DNA of 64,000 nt from a virus (IMGVR_UViG_3300048599_000194:239177-303176), one strand, 5' to 3'. Positions 9,527 through 19,606 are shown, counted from the stretch's first letter. The notes: generated from the sequence alone by a model not told the origin. Made by a program: numbers and translations.

Positions 9527-9913
9527 ATGCATCACACTGAACCCGTATTTGAATTGCTAAAAGAAGAACATCATCACTGCGGATGTGACGGCGATCATCA
9601 TTTTAGAGTTGAATGTGGTCGTGAGCATAGAATATATGGTGAAGATTTTCAATTTCTTCCAGGAGATTTCATTTACTGGGATTCAACTGAATTGAAATAT
9701 CTATCTGCGGTTGAGGGTAAATGCGACTTATTAGTATTGAGAGTAGATAGATATGGGACTTGGATCGAAGCCGCGAACATAGGGGAATTTAAGATTAAGA
9801 ATTTCACTTTGAAGGGTGCATTATATCTAAATTCACTTGGCGAATTAACAAATACACAAACGACCACTAAACTAGGGTTTATAGAAAATGGTCATTTGTA
9901 TCTAAACATCTAA
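9527..9913 (+). CDS. hypothetical protein (His/Cys-rich N-terminus)
   Basis: 128-aa ORF, one of three plus-strand genes. Confidence 0.45.
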   Translation: MHHTEPVFELLKEEHHHCGCDGDHHFRVECGREHRIYGEDFQFLPGDFIYWDSTELKYLSAVEGKCDLLVLRVDRYGTWIEAANIGEFKIKNFTLKGALYLNSLGELTNTQTTTKLGFIENGHLYLNI

Positions 9914-10224
9914 GGTTTATCTAACCAAACATCCGACCATGTTAGATTATCATTGCGTTTGCAATTGGGAGTTATGCAGACACCTAGGCTATCCCACGTC
10001 ATGAAACGATTACCCAAATGACCATATAGTCGAGAGCCTGACAACGAATCAATTCTCGGGTATTTATTGTTCACAGTTTTTACTAGTGGAGATGCATCCA
10101 TCCCATGTTTGTATGTATCCATACTTAACTCGAAATATACATAACCAATATCAAATTGACCTGCGAACAATAAACTAAGAATCATTCCAAGCATATCAAT
10201 ACTCAGTCTGAGATACCAGCGCAC
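9910..10224 (-). CDS. hypothetical protein
   Basis: 104-aa ORF. Confidence 0.4.
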   Translation of the reverse strand: MRWYLRLSIDMLGMILSLLFAGQFDIGYVYFELSMDTYKHGMDASPLVKTVNNKYPRIDSLSGSRLYGHLGNRFMTWDSLGVCITPNCKRNDNLTWSDVWLDKP

Positions 10225-10621
10225 CGTCTACGACGTTAAGAACAACATCGCCTTTACGTAGAGGCTGAGTAATTTTCCAACTATTCGTATTGACTATGAT
10301 ATGGCTCCAGTCATTATTACGCATGTTGGAACGCAAGATTTCTTCTTTAGGGTCATTCCTGGCACAAACTTCTTCATAACTTTCAACCAATCCACCAAGA
10401 TAATACATCTTGCTTTCATCGATCACCTTACTATCCATTTCATGATCATGCCGACCACGAGTACGGAAATAGAAACCAAAAGGTTTGCTATTATACCTTT
10501 CATTAATGTCCTTAGATAGTTCGATTGCCTTTCGAACATCCCAACTATCAATTTCCTTTGTGCTAGTTTCATGCACAAATGAACCTGGACTGCAAAACAC
10601 TACGTAGTCCTGTGTAATCAT
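10196..10621 (-). CDS. hypothetical protein
   Basis: Trimmed to Met with AAGGAGAT SD. Confidence 0.5.
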   Translation of the reverse strand: MITQDYVVFCSPGSFVHETSTKEIDSWDVRKAIELSKDINERYNSKPFGFYFRTRGRHDHEMDSKVIDESKMYYLGGLVESYEEVCARNDPKEEILRSNMRNNDWSHIIVNTNSWKITQPLRKGDVVLNVVDGALVSQTEY

Positions 10622-10622
10622 T

Positions 10623-11084
10623 TTACTTATCTCCTTCGTACATTTTTCTGTGACTTGCAAAAATCAACATTCGATTTTTAGCAATTTCCGGGTTGTGTCC
10701 ATCCCATTCATCAGCTTTTTCTTTTTCGGGAATGTCAAACATATTCCAATAGTTCAGTTTATAGTGATTACTAACCTGCCCCGTTGGTAGATTAGCCATC
10801 ACAATAAACCATCCACCTCCGAAGCATTCTTCTCCAGTAAAATGGCGTTTTGATTTATGTACTCCGTATTTCCCTTGAGCGGCAAATTCATTGAATAGCA
10901 TGGCATTATATACCATTCGATATTCATACAATTCATCAAATGTATGATGACCATCTGAAATACAACCCAAACTATAATTTCTAGGAACCTCGTTAAATAC
11001 TTTGATCCTATTACAAATATCGTCTAGAATTCCTTTATCGACTACGTCTTTGAACCAAACATCTAATCGCTTGATGATATTCAT
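10623..11084 (-). CDS. hypothetical protein
   Basis: 153-aa ORF. Confidence 0.5.
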   Translation of the reverse strand: MNIIKRLDVWFKDVVDKGILDDICNRIKVFNEVPRNYSLGCISDGHHTFDELYEYRMVYNAMLFNEFAAQGKYGVHKSKRHFTGEECFGGGWFIVMANLPTGQVSNHYKLNYWNMFDIPEKEKADEWDGHNPEIAKNRMLIFASHRKMYEGDK

Positions 11085-11398
11085 CAGAGTGATCCATCAT
11101 TGCGTGGCGCATTTTCTCTTGCTTCAATTTGACTTTTTAGTTTAAGCCATTGCCGCTTCTGAATATTCTCAAAATAATCGTCGGGAATTCCATAAACGGC
11201 TCGCAATGCGTCAATCATTTGAAGAACATCAGCCATTTCAACTGCTACATCTTCTAGCGTACAACGACCTCGATCATAATGACTAACTGCAACTAGAAGT
11301 TCACCCATTTCCTCATGAAATTGCCTGAATTGGCTTGATAGTCCAAAAACTTTAATCGATTTTTCTATTAGATCTTGCTTATCAATTTGATTATCCAT
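11084..11398 (-). CDS. MazG-like nucleotide pyrophosphohydrolase
   Basis: EEMGELLVAV...LEDVAVEMADVLQM resembles MazG EExxE/ExxD helices; start at Met with GGTGGGG SD. Confidence 0.55.
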   Translation of the reverse strand: MDNQIDKQDLIEKSIKVFGLSSQFRQFHEEMGELLVAVSHYDRGRCTLEDVAVEMADVLQMIDALRAVYGIPDDYFENIQKRQWLKLKSQIEARENAPRNDGSL

Positions 11399-11675
11399 AT
11401 ATACCCCACCTTCCACGCTCAATTGCTTCTCGTTCACCAACTGCGATCCGATGTAAATCAAGTTCCCATTCATTTTCAGATGCTTTTTTTCTTAGAGCTT
11501 CCAGTTTTGGATTCATTTTTTCAAATACTTCTTTTTTACCTTCTTGCAGGCCAAGTTGATATGCCACCCGAGCCTCAAAAGGCCATTTCGACTTATCCAT
11601 TGCCAATAATCTAAGGCATTCAGCTTCATATTGTTCTTTAGATATTCCCATCAAAAATATCCTCGCAAAAATCAT
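11391..11675 (-). CDS. hypothetical protein
   Basis: 94-aa ORF. Confidence 0.4.
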   Translation of the reverse strand: MIFARIFLMGISKEQYEAECLRLLAMDKSKWPFEARVAYQLGLQEGKKEVFEKMNPKLEALRKKASENEWELDLHRIAVGEREAIERGRWGIYG

Positions 11676-12048
11676 GTTGAATCTTGTCTCGCAAGGTATT
11701 CAATCCATCCATAAATGCAATTTCACCTGCAACATATGAAGGCTTAGTTAAAATCACATGATTCATTTCCTTATGATGAGCATACATATATGCGTTAAAA
11801 TCCATCATGTCGGTTAATTGGTCCATATTAATTTCAACATCACCATCACCTTCAATCGTAATAGTAGAACTATCTCCAAAATCATCATCCTTACACATCT
11901 TCAATATTTCATCCAATACTTCATATAAACTATCTTTATTCAGTTGCCTCATCAAATTCAGTAAATCAATAATAGTCAGTTCAACATTAATGTCAGTGTA
12001 TGCATTTTGAAATCTATCGCCGCGATCAACACTGTGCTTAAATCTCAT
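11638..12048 (-). CDS. hypothetical acidic protein
   Basis: 136-aa ORF. Confidence 0.5.
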   Translation of the reverse strand: MRFKHSVDRGDRFQNAYTDINVELTIIDLLNLMRQLNKDSLYEVLDEILKMCKDDDFGDSSTITIEGDGDVEINMDQLTDMMDFNAYMYAHHKEMNHVILTKPSYVAGEIAFMDGLNTLRDKIQHDFCEDIFDGNI

Positions 12049-12686
12049 CCCAGCCTCACGTTCTGAGTAGGTCGAATACTCTCAGAAATATACTTTTGAG
12101 TGTCTTTTGAGAGTGTTACTACATTACACAACGTAAGTAGTTTAGGATCAGCCTCTTGACATTCCTTCATCAGTCGAATCATACTAACACAATCATCAAA
12201 TGCCATGTGAGCATTCTCAGAACTTGTAATAGCTGATAGTTTTCCAACCCCATAATGCTTCTTGAACATTGGAAGAGTATCTCTGAATATGCAATTATTC
12301 TCAAGTCCCAAGAAATCACAATACCACTGTACGAATGTTTTCTCGAACTTTGCATTATGTGCAATACAAATATGGCCTTTTACGAATTCGTAAAATTCTT
12401 TGAAAGCTGTAAACGTATCCGGTGAATCTTCCACCATTTCATTACTAATCTTAGTCAATTCCGTGATTTTATACGGGATCCTAATTGGAGACTTTGGGGA
12501 AAATGCAAATGGCTTGGCGAGAGTATGGAAAATTTCATTCCCTGTCGGAGTCACCTTAATAGCGGCATATTCAATAATTCTAGCGGCTTTCCACGGAACG
12601 AATCCAGTGGTTTCAAAGTCAATAAAGACAATTGTTTTTGTTTCGGATAGCGCGAGGTGCGGTATATCCCAGCTACGTGGCTCCAT
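12045..12686 (-). CDS. DEDDh-family 3'-5' exonuclease (DnaQ/RNase T-like)
   Basis: Exo motifs IDFETTG, AHNAKFE, H...AFDD. Confidence 0.65.
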   Translation of the reverse strand: MEPRSWDIPHLALSETKTIVFIDFETTGFVPWKAARIIEYAAIKVTPTGNEIFHTLAKPFAFSPKSPIRIPYKITELTKISNEMVEDSPDTFTAFKEFYEFVKGHICIAHNAKFEKTFVQWYCDFLGLENNCIFRDTLPMFKKHYGVGKLSAITSSENAHMAFDDCVSMIRLMKECQEADPKLLTLCNVVTLSKDTQKYISESIRPTQNVRLG

Positions 12687-12711
12687 CTATCTCCTCCAAG
12701 GTATTATTACT

Positions 12712-12742
12712 AAGGTACTACTAATCTTAAAGATCGTCAACC
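12712..12742 (-). promoter_or_regulatory. promoter-like motif variant (AAGGTACTAC-N14-GTCAACC)
   Basis: Same spacing as canonical instances. Confidence 0.45.
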
Positions 12743-12782
12743 AAATTCTCCAGTAATTTAATTACATGCTAGAATAATTCTT

Positions 12783-13214
12783 ATGGGTGGACCACATATC
12801 AATTCTAGATTTGACGACGACATACTATTAGCCAGATCACTACACAGATTACAGCATCCAAAAAAAGAAAAAACTAAAGAACAAATAATAAAATCTTATT
12901 GGCATTCAATGAATTCAAGAATCAAAAAAGGCTGTTATCTAGAAAAAGGCATTAAGGTTGAATGGACATTTGAAGAATTTTCTAATTGGTTTAATCTTAG
13001 ATGGCGATTATTTGAAGAGATCAAATCTGCAGGTGAAACCCCATCAATAGACAGAATATATTCAAATGGGAATTATTGTGAAGCAAATTGTAGAATGATA
13101 CCGACTTCAGTAAATAGCGCACTTGGTGAAGTAAACATGCTAATTAGTCGAATGAAGACTGTTCAAGCCTTCTTAAAGAAAAATGAACATTGGTTAAAAG
13201 AGGAACGGCTGTAA
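12783..13214 (+). CDS. HNH homing endonuclease-like protein
   Basis: IDRIYSNGNYCEANCRMIP...N resembles HNH/AP2-type motif; opposite strand to neighbours. Confidence 0.55.
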   Translation: MGGPHINSRFDDDILLARSLHRLQHPKKEKTKEQIIKSYWHSMNSRIKKGCYLEKGIKVEWTFEEFSNWFNLRWRLFEEIKSAGETPSIDRIYSNGNYCEANCRMIPTSVNSALGEVNMLISRMKTVQAFLKKNEHWLKEERL

Positions 13215-13625
13215 TTCATACTCCCCTCCTTTTTCTAGATATGGACTTCTATGTACATCAAATGGACTCTTACATGGGTATACTGTGACTGTCAAATTAA
13301 TTGAAGTGAGTGTACCAAGTCCTTCATTAAAAGATGTGACCCAGCCAAATAATTTACTAATGTTGATTGACGCATAATCTTTTCCGTCTCTAAACTCAAG
13401 CAAATTCAAGGTTCTCTTATCTTTATCGTCAATATCAATCTCGATATGAAATCTAAAATTAGGCATATCTGTTATTACAATACCCTTATCTGTAGTTGCT
13501 TGATCCAAATGAACTAATACCACATGGTCGTGCAATATAAACGGAACGATGTAATCAACACATTCAGATACATTGGTGTATTGTGTTACAATTGGAGTAT
13601 CGTCTTGATTATCATGTTCGTGCAT
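13194..13625 (-). CDS. hypothetical protein
   Basis: 143-aa ORF. Confidence 0.5.
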   Translation of the reverse strand: MHEHDNQDDTPIVTQYTNVSECVDYIVPFILHDHVVLVHLDQATTDKGIVITDMPNFRFHIEIDIDDKDKRTLNLLEFRDGKDYASINISKLFGWVTSFNEGLGTLTSINLTVTVYPCKSPFDVHRSPYLEKGGEYELQPFLF

Positions 13626-13675
13626 ATGTGTCCTATTAAATTAGCGCAGATATATTTATCTGCACTATATTTGTT

Positions 13676-14452
13676 CTATAGATAAACCTTAATTTCAGAT
13701 ATTTCACTAAACTCATCGAGTTCAGAATCCATCGACTTGAATTCAGGTCGGCTCGACAGTAAAAACTCTCTCCACTGTCGCATTATAGAATCATGTCTAC
13801 CAATATCCCCTACACATTCTAATCTAATTTCGGATTCTTTATATTGAATCAGTTGTACGTATTCTCGATATATCGAGTTTTTACGCATATTCTCGCCAAT
13901 CATATGATCTCGAATATTAACAATCTTATCTCGATTCATAAAAGGTCCAATTTGCTCAACTCGACCCTTAGAAGTCTTGGTGAATTGATAGCCAATCACA
14001 TAATCTTCTAATAGAGGATTCGTTTCTTCAGATTGCTCGAATATTTTACGATACTTGATAACAGCATTGACTACAACTTCCCAATCCCTAAGTTCAAATC
14101 CAGCTTTATCATCTAATAGTACATTATAGAAAAACTTCTTAGAGAAATCTCCAGTCTTGCTATCACATATTTCTGGATTTTCATTGAAGTACGTGAAATT
14201 GACTCCATATTTCCTAAAATGTTCAATGTATTCATCGTGATGATATGAGGAGGAAAACAGAATTAAAACAATCTCAGGAAACTCGTTTAATTTCCGTAGA
14301 GCATCCATCGCAGTTTCAATTACATCGGGCATTTCATCTGCGTAATTGGCCATTGCGATAGTGTCATGTATGTCGATTGCGATATACACACTCTTACGTC
14401 CAACCTTTTTATTGTATACATACGCATTATGAATAGTCTTATCGAGATTCAT
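13676..14452 (-). CDS. hypothetical protein
   Basis: 258-aa ORF. Confidence 0.5.
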   Translation of the reverse strand: MNLDKTIHNAYVYNKKVGRKSVYIAIDIHDTIAMANYADEMPDVIETAMDALRKLNEFPEIVLILFSSSYHHDEYIEHFRKYGVNFTYFNENPEICDSKTGDFSKKFFYNVLLDDKAGFELRDWEVVVNAVIKYRKIFEQSEETNPLLEDYVIGYQFTKTSKGRVEQIGPFMNRDKIVNIRDHMIGENMRKNSIYREYVQLIQYKESEIRLECVGDIGRHDSIMRQWREFLLSSRPEFKSMDSELDEFSEISEIKVYL

Positions 14453-14595
14453 ACGTCAGACCCCCTTCACGACCGTCTCCTAGCCCCTTCAGGAGGCGAT
14501 CATATGCTTGTTGGTGTGGCTGGGGCTTTGGTGTCTGGACATAGCTAGGAAGGCTTCCTGTCCCAAATACCCCGTACATTGTGGATGTGAGTATC

Positions 14596-15231
14596 TTAGT
14601 GACCATAGTAAATTAAGTAGTTATTTTTGAAGTTGAAGGTCTTGTATAAATGAATCAAATTGAAAATTGCATATTCATATGACCATGAAGTGGAAATGAA
14701 TTCGTCGGGTCCAGGATTATCTAGCTTATACGCCGGAACCCAACCACCATCCAAAATTTCCCATTCAAATACACCTCGACGCAAACGCTCCTTAATGCAG
14801 TGAAATGCTTCAGCGTCTTTGCTTTCATAATCTTGTAGTGCATCAATATTCTTGAATTCCTCATAGACTTCTTCCAGTTTCTTCTTATCAGTCAGTCGCT
14901 TCATAATATCATGCATTTTCACATAGTTCGCATGAATTGCACTTCTATATTCCTCGATAACCTTTGCAAGGAATTCCTTATCAACCACAACGAATTCACC
15001 ATCTGGGTGTTCGAAGCTAAAGAAATTCTTATATTTTCCGCCGCGAGTGAAATCAACATACTTACCAAGGCAAATAAGTTCTTTCAAATGTGGGAAAGAA
15101 GGAGGCCAAAAGTATTTGGACTCCTCCTCATCTGGGTCTTTGAATTCAGCGGCAAGAGCCTCAGAAGAGGCTTTCCGATATTTCCTCATCCCCTTACGAG
15201 GAATCGATCCAAGGTACAATCTATATCCCAT
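14596..15231 (-). CDS. hypothetical protein
   Basis: 211-aa ORF. Confidence 0.5.
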   Translation of the reverse strand: MGYRLYLGSIPRKGMRKYRKASSEALAAEFKDPDEEESKYFWPPSFPHLKELICLGKYVDFTRGGKYKNFFSFEHPDGEFVVVDKEFLAKVIEEYRSAIHANYVKMHDIMKRLTDKKKLEEVYEEFKNIDALQDYESKDAEAFHCIKERLRRGVFEWEILDGGWVPAYKLDNPGPDEFISTSWSYEYAIFNLIHLYKTFNFKNNYLIYYGH

Positions 15232-15234
15232 TAT

Positions 15235-15792
15235 TCACTCCGGATGCCGTACTGGTGTTAGAGTTCTAGCATTCATGTATTTCTCAATTTCTGCAAATGT
15301 ATATGGGCGTTGCTCCGGGTGAGTATCGATTCCAACGTCCATTCGCTTATACTGAGTATCGTCAACTTTATGCCCGTGGTAATGACCATGCAACTGCCAA
15401 CTACCATCTTCGGCGTCTTTCCATGAAGCCATTGGAAAGTGACATGAATGAATCAATCTATTTCCAACTCGATAAATTTTCGAATCGAATATATTCTCCC
15501 GACCAAAAGCGTCAACCACTTCAGAATAATAATCGTGATTTCCAAGTATCAAGATAATTCTGCCATTTAGACGATTTCGATATTCACGGATCTTAGATTT
15601 TGAAGCAAATGCAAAATCGCCATGATGAATTACAACACCATCAACTGGAACTAAAGAGTTCCAGTTGTTGATAATTGCCTCGTTCATCTCATTCACATCA
15701 GAATATACTCGATTTGGTTGATAGCGCAAGATTGACTTGTGCTTCAAGTGAGTGTCTGATGTGAAAAACGTGTTTTCAGGTTCTAGCGTCAT
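15235..15792 (-). CDS. calcineurin-like metallophosphoesterase
   Basis: FFTSDTHLKH, HHGDFAF, GNHDYY motifs. Confidence 0.6.
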   Translation of the reverse strand: MTLEPENTFFTSDTHLKHKSILRYQPNRVYSDVNEMNEAIINNWNSLVPVDGVVIHHGDFAFASKSKIREYRNRLNGRIILILGNHDYYSEVVDAFGRENIFDSKIYRVGNRLIHSCHFPMASWKDAEDGSWQLHGHYHGHKVDDTQYKRMDVGIDTHPEQRPYTFAEIEKYMNARTLTPVRHPE

Positions 15793-16429
15793 CTTCCTTT
15801 ACTTTCCTATTAAATGCGACAAATGCCGACTTCATTGAAAGTAGAGTCTTATATCCAAGGATCTTAGAAATTTCCTCAGGACTCATACCATTCGAGTGTA
15901 GTTCTTTGTACTTGTTGAATTTCTCTTCTAGACTCACTTGATTATCCAACCGAAGAGGGAACAAATCAACCCCATGCCGAGTACGGAGCTTCGAAATATA
16001 CGAAGCGGCGCTAGTCGGAGTCTTGCCGATATTGTACTTTTCAGTCAATTCAGCCAAAGACATTCCAGCATTCCAATCATAACTAATGTTAACAACTCGA
16101 TCATAATCAGACTGATCATTTTTCTTGGAAATTTCAATCAACTCGGGATTAGAATCAATGATTCTCTTAAGTTTACTCTTACAGATTCCAAGTTCTTTGC
16201 AAATCTCGACGTGTGTCTTCTTTGCAATCAACATTCCCTTAATTGTATCCGCAGATTCATTTAGGCGCATATGCTTTCGAGAGGCAAGTTCCTCAGAAGT
16301 ATAAAGCTGATGAAACATCTGCGATACTAGCTGACGAGACACATTGAAATGCGCCCTCACTTCACTTTCGCTCGCCAAAGGATTCGCCTTTGCATAATCC
16401 TTAATCTGTTCAGAAATCGTCTTTTCCAT
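15776..16429 (-). CDS. hypothetical protein, possible DNA-binding regulator
   Basis: 217-aa ORF, helical; HTH-like segments; weak. Confidence 0.4.
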   Translation of the reverse strand: MEKTISEQIKDYAKANPLASESEVRAHFNVSRQLVSQMFHQLYTSEELASRKHMRLNESADTIKGMLIAKKTHVEICKELGICKSKLKRIIDSNPELIEISKKNDQSDYDRVVNISYDWNAGMSLAELTEKYNIGKTPTSAASYISKLRTRHGVDLFPLRLDNQVSLEEKFNKYKELHSNGMSPEEISKILGYKTLLSMKSAFVAFNRKVKEDDART

Positions 16430-16465
16430 GATAAACTCCTTTGATTGGACGCATCTTCTACGAAT

Positions 16466-16496
16466 AAGATACTACGTAAGTGTTACTTTGACAACC
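16466..16496 (-). promoter_or_regulatory. promoter-like motif variant (AAGATACTAC-N14-GACAACC)
   Basis: Motif instance upstream of 16429 start. Confidence 0.5.
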
Positions 16497-16734
16497 ACCT
16501 AAAGAATCTTGACGGCAACACCCCAACAATAAACATAACACTCCCACCTACGATCCACAAAACAATTCCAATTTTCGATTTAATTGAAGATTCTCCTGGA
16601 ATCGTAGCAAGAGATGTGCATTCATCAATAAATGAAGCCAATGACGAAATCAAAAACCATACAAATGCCATCAGATAAATGAGTGTGCCAATCCAAGCCT
16701 TGATAGACCATTCATCAGTCAAGGCTTGATTCAT
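16483..16734 (-). CDS. hypothetical membrane protein
   Basis: Trimmed to Met with GAGGA SD; hydrophobic. Confidence 0.45.
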   Translation of the reverse strand: MNQALTDEWSIKAWIGTLIYLMAFVWFLISSLASFIDECTSLATIPGESSIKSKIGIVLWIVGGSVMFIVGVLPSRFFRWLSK

Positions 16735-16741
16735 GCAATCC

Positions 16742-17062
16742 TCAATGAAGTAAGTAATGCATTTTGACGACATCCAGAGTCATCCTTTCATGTTTTGGAT
16801 GTGGGATCTTTTCAATTTGAAAAAGATCATAGTAAATTTCATCCATTTTCTTCGAGTTCAACTTAATCGCCCCATTGAATAGATAATTGGCATATCCATT
16901 ATCAACGAGAGATTGAATATCCTCATTAGAAATATCAATCTTTCTTCCAAGTCTCGGAGATTCACAATAGAATGAAATTCCATTGAAAATAATCCGACCG
17001 CCATTTACGACCATAGTACATTCAGTGATGATACCCTTGAGAAAATCATTAATGTCATTCAT
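16742..17062 (-). CDS. hypothetical protein
   Basis: 106-aa ORF. Confidence 0.45.
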   Translation of the reverse strand: MNDINDFLKGIITECTMVVNGGRIIFNGISFYCESPRLGRKIDISNEDIQSLVDNGYANYLFNGAIKLNSKKMDEIYYDLFQIEKIPHPKHERMTLDVVKMHYLLH

Positions 17063-17319
17063 TGAAACACTCCAAATCCGCGATGAGTGATGAGAGCAAA
17101 ATGAATAGTCTTGGCAATATCGCCATACCAGCGAATCACCCTTGGACCTCTAGGCATTGGAATGGTGTCTCCGAACATCTCCACGATCAAAGAAAGTTCA
17201 TGACCATCTGCCTGTACGTATTCGATTGAAGGGATTTTATCATCCTCGCGATCAAGGTCAAGTCTATCCCCAATATGGTAGTCTTGCCAGTCGCCATCTG
17301 GAACATGAGCATAGTACAT
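17059..17319 (-). CDS. hypothetical protein
   Basis: 86-aa ORF. Confidence 0.45.
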   Translation of the reverse strand: MYYAHVPDGDWQDYHIGDRLDLDREDDKIPSIEYVQADGHELSLIVEMFGDTIPMPRGPRVIRWYGDIAKTIHFALITHRGFGVFQ

Positions 17320-18006
17320 TTACGGCCTCCCCTTTGGGTTTTCAATTCCATCGACATAACCCTTTCGAGTATATCTAGTGTCAATGTATTGCATGTTAAC
17401 GGAAGGGCTAGTTGCCCCATCTTGAATTGCAACTGAAAGTATAACTTCAAGCGTAGGATGCTTACGATTCCTTAGAATCGACCACACCTTTCCAAATCTA
17501 TACTTGGATAGATTCCCGTTCCTATCTTGCCTAAGTGCATATTCTTCCTGAAGCGTGAAATTTCCATTCATCGCTTCTTTCTCAGTGGTTGCCTCGTAAG
17601 GATTCCTAAACGAATATACATATTCAACGGAATCATATAATCCAGATTCAACAATTCGATCTCGAAGAGTAAAATACAAATTCAATACTTCAGGATACTG
17701 ATCTGCCATTTCTTCAGAGGGAGTCAGGAACATTCCAATTTCACGCAAATTACCCTTACTAGAGAAGATAAATTCGACAAATCTAGTCTGCTGAATACCC
17801 TGGAACTTGTAACCTTCGTAGTGATAAACGGTTCCACCGTCATATACCTTTCTCGTAGCAAGCGGTGCCATGTAATGCATCTGCCAATCGACAGTCTCAA
17901 CTCCAACGCCAAACGGAATATGATCAATGACGCATGGCGTGGAATCACACACTTCAGAAAAATCGACCATCTGACCAAAAATCAAAGACAAGATCAAATA
18001 TATCAT
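17320..18006 (-). CDS. hypothetical protein
   Basis: 228-aa ORF. Confidence 0.5.
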   Translation of the reverse strand: MIYLILSLIFGQMVDFSEVCDSTPCVIDHIPFGVGVETVDWQMHYMAPLATRKVYDGGTVYHYEGYKFQGIQQTRFVEFIFSSKGNLREIGMFLTPSEEMADQYPEVLNLYFTLRDRIVESGLYDSVEYVYSFRNPYEATTEKEAMNGNFTLQEEYALRQDRNGNLSKYRFGKVWSILRNRKHPTLEVILSVAIQDGATSPSVNMQYIDTRYTRKGYVDGIENPKGRP

Positions 18007-18024
18007 ATGGCACCTCCTATCAAT

Positions 18025-18054
18025 AAGATACGGAAGAGAATGACGCCCGTCAAC
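18025..18054 (-). promoter_or_regulatory. promoter-like motif (AAGATACGGA-N14-GTCAAC)
   Basis: Motif instance. Confidence 0.5.
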
Positions 18055-18057
18055 GGA

Positions 18058-18828
18058 TTAATCATAGTCAATCGTTACATTCTTAGGAGGGTCGTAAATA
18101 AATTGGATTTGCTTACCATGATCAACTCTTCGCTGATGAATCGAATGGTATCGACCACCTGCAAAATCAGAATAAGAAATCTCAATCATCCTTCCTAGTT
18201 TCATCCATTTTTTTTCGCTAATGACCTTTCCGAACCCGGACATCCTCTTTGATCCAATTCCGGCTTGAAATGTAATATCAAGCATTGCAGTTTTTACCTG
18301 TGCAGGCGCATTCTCCAAATTAGGATACTTAAATGTCAACTGTCTCCAAATATACACCTTCAATGTATTGCAGATATGGCCTGCAACTTTATCTCCAATA
18401 TGCACTTGATTGCGACGAATCCATTCTTGACTACCCGAACCTCTAATTGAAGTAGCCTTGATTAGAATCTGATAAATGCTATCAGATACATTATACTTCA
18501 ATATTTCGGCCACTGTTTTATATCCGGCATTACCCAAATCTAAGCCACATGAAATAGTAGGTCCAGATGCTCCACCCGGATATACCAAAGAATCAGTGCA
18601 TCCTTCATGTTGTTCTATTTCAAACGTCGAAAAGTCAAATGGAGGAATATCTGGCATTTGAGTCAAATATGAAGTATCTTCTTCAACCGCATTAGGCGTA
18701 TTCTCCTTAATCACTGTAGCATGGCTGACAGGATTAGGAGTAACCATCACCTCATGAGATTCATTCTGAAATATAGAAATGATTGGGAAGACTAGTAATA
18801 GTATAGGGGTAAAGCAAAGATATTTCAA
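18058..18828 (-). CDS. hypothetical secreted protein (N-terminal signal-like segment)
   Basis: 256-aa ORF, hydrophobic N-terminus. Confidence 0.5.
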   Translation of the reverse strand: MKYLCFTPILLLVFPIISIFQNESHEVMVTPNPVSHATVIKENTPNAVEEDTSYLTQMPDIPPFDFSTFEIEQHEGCTDSLVYPGGASGPTISCGLDLGNAGYKTVAEILKYNVSDSIYQILIKATSIRGSGSQEWIRRNQVHIGDKVAGHICNTLKVYIWRQLTFKYPNLENAPAQVKTAMLDITFQAGIGSKRMSGFGKVISEKKWMKLGRMIEISYSDFAGGRYHSIHQRRVDHGKQIQFIYDPPKNVTIDYD

Positions 18829-19043
18829 TACAGTTCTCCATTTTGAATGGCTTCTATTTTTAGGTGTGCAAGTTCCGTTGATGTAATACCTAGTTCTTTC
18901 TGCTTATTCCGAATCCATGCATTTCGGCGGCATGCTTCGGCATTTGCTTTTTTACCTGTGGGTCCGATCATCCCCATTTCTCGCAAGCGATCAAACCACA
19001 AGGCTTTGCGAACTAGAGCATCAATGTGATCTTGTTTAGACAT
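18825..19043 (-). CDS. hypothetical protein
   Basis: 72-aa ORF; promoter motif starts only ~6 nt upstream of ATG, so leader is very short or start is an internal Met. Confidence 0.4.
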   Translation of the reverse strand: MSKQDHIDALVRKALWFDRLREMGMIGPTGKKANAEACRRNAWIRNKQKELGITSTELAHLKIEAIQNGELY

Positions 19044-19048
19044 AAGAA

Positions 19049-19079
19049 CAAGATACTATTGAAATGATAGATCGTCAAC
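19049..19079 (-). promoter_or_regulatory. promoter-like motif
   Basis: AAGATACTAT-N14-GTCAACC. Confidence 0.55.
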
Positions 19080-19084
19080 CAATT

Positions 19085-19558
19085 TTAATCACGAACGCCA
19101 AACGTGTCAATTCTGCCGAAAATTCCAGAGAGCGTTGTATCGTCAACCATGTCATCAATTAATATGAATCGATCACATTTTCCAGCATTATCAAATACGT
19201 TTCGAATGAACATTTGAAATACACATTCTTTACCTAATGATCTACATATTTCTTCAAACTCAATGAAATCAATATTTCCGAATTTGGATCTAAAGAATGA
19301 GAAAAAATCATCGCGAAATATAACGCTACTGAATTTAATTCCTAGTCGATGTTCTACTTGAGTGATTAGCCACTTCTTTGAATCTAAATCTGAACTAGAA
19401 GTAATCGCCCAGGAAAATAAATGAAATTCATCGGCCTCGGATAAATTTCTAATGAACCACTGACTTTCAATGAAATTTGAAAGGAATACCGGATTATCAA
19501 TGGATTCTATGATAGTTCCTTCTAAATCTAGAAATAATGAATTTTTGATGAATGACAT
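19085..19558 (-). CDS. hypothetical protein
   Basis: 157-aa ORF. Confidence 0.5.
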   Translation of the reverse strand: MSFIKNSLFLDLEGTIIESIDNPVFLSNFIESQWFIRNLSEADEFHLFSWAITSSSDLDSKKWLITQVEHRLGIKFSSVIFRDDFFSFFRSKFGNIDFIEFEEICRSLGKECVFQMFIRNVFDNAGKCDRFILIDDMVDDTTLSGIFGRIDTFGVRD

Positions 19559-19575
19559 ATATACCTCCCGGTACT

Positions 19576-19606
19576 AAGATACTACAGTTAAGTCAAAAAA
19601 TCAACC
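19576..19606 (-). promoter_or_regulatory. promoter-like motif
   Basis: AAGATACTAC-N15-(A)TCAACC. Confidence 0.5.

Noticed and set aside
14555-14575. GTATCTT string in reverse orientation (possible plus-strand copy of the promoter motif)
   Set aside because: No GTTGAC partner at the right spacing and no plus-strand gene downstream; judged coincidental.
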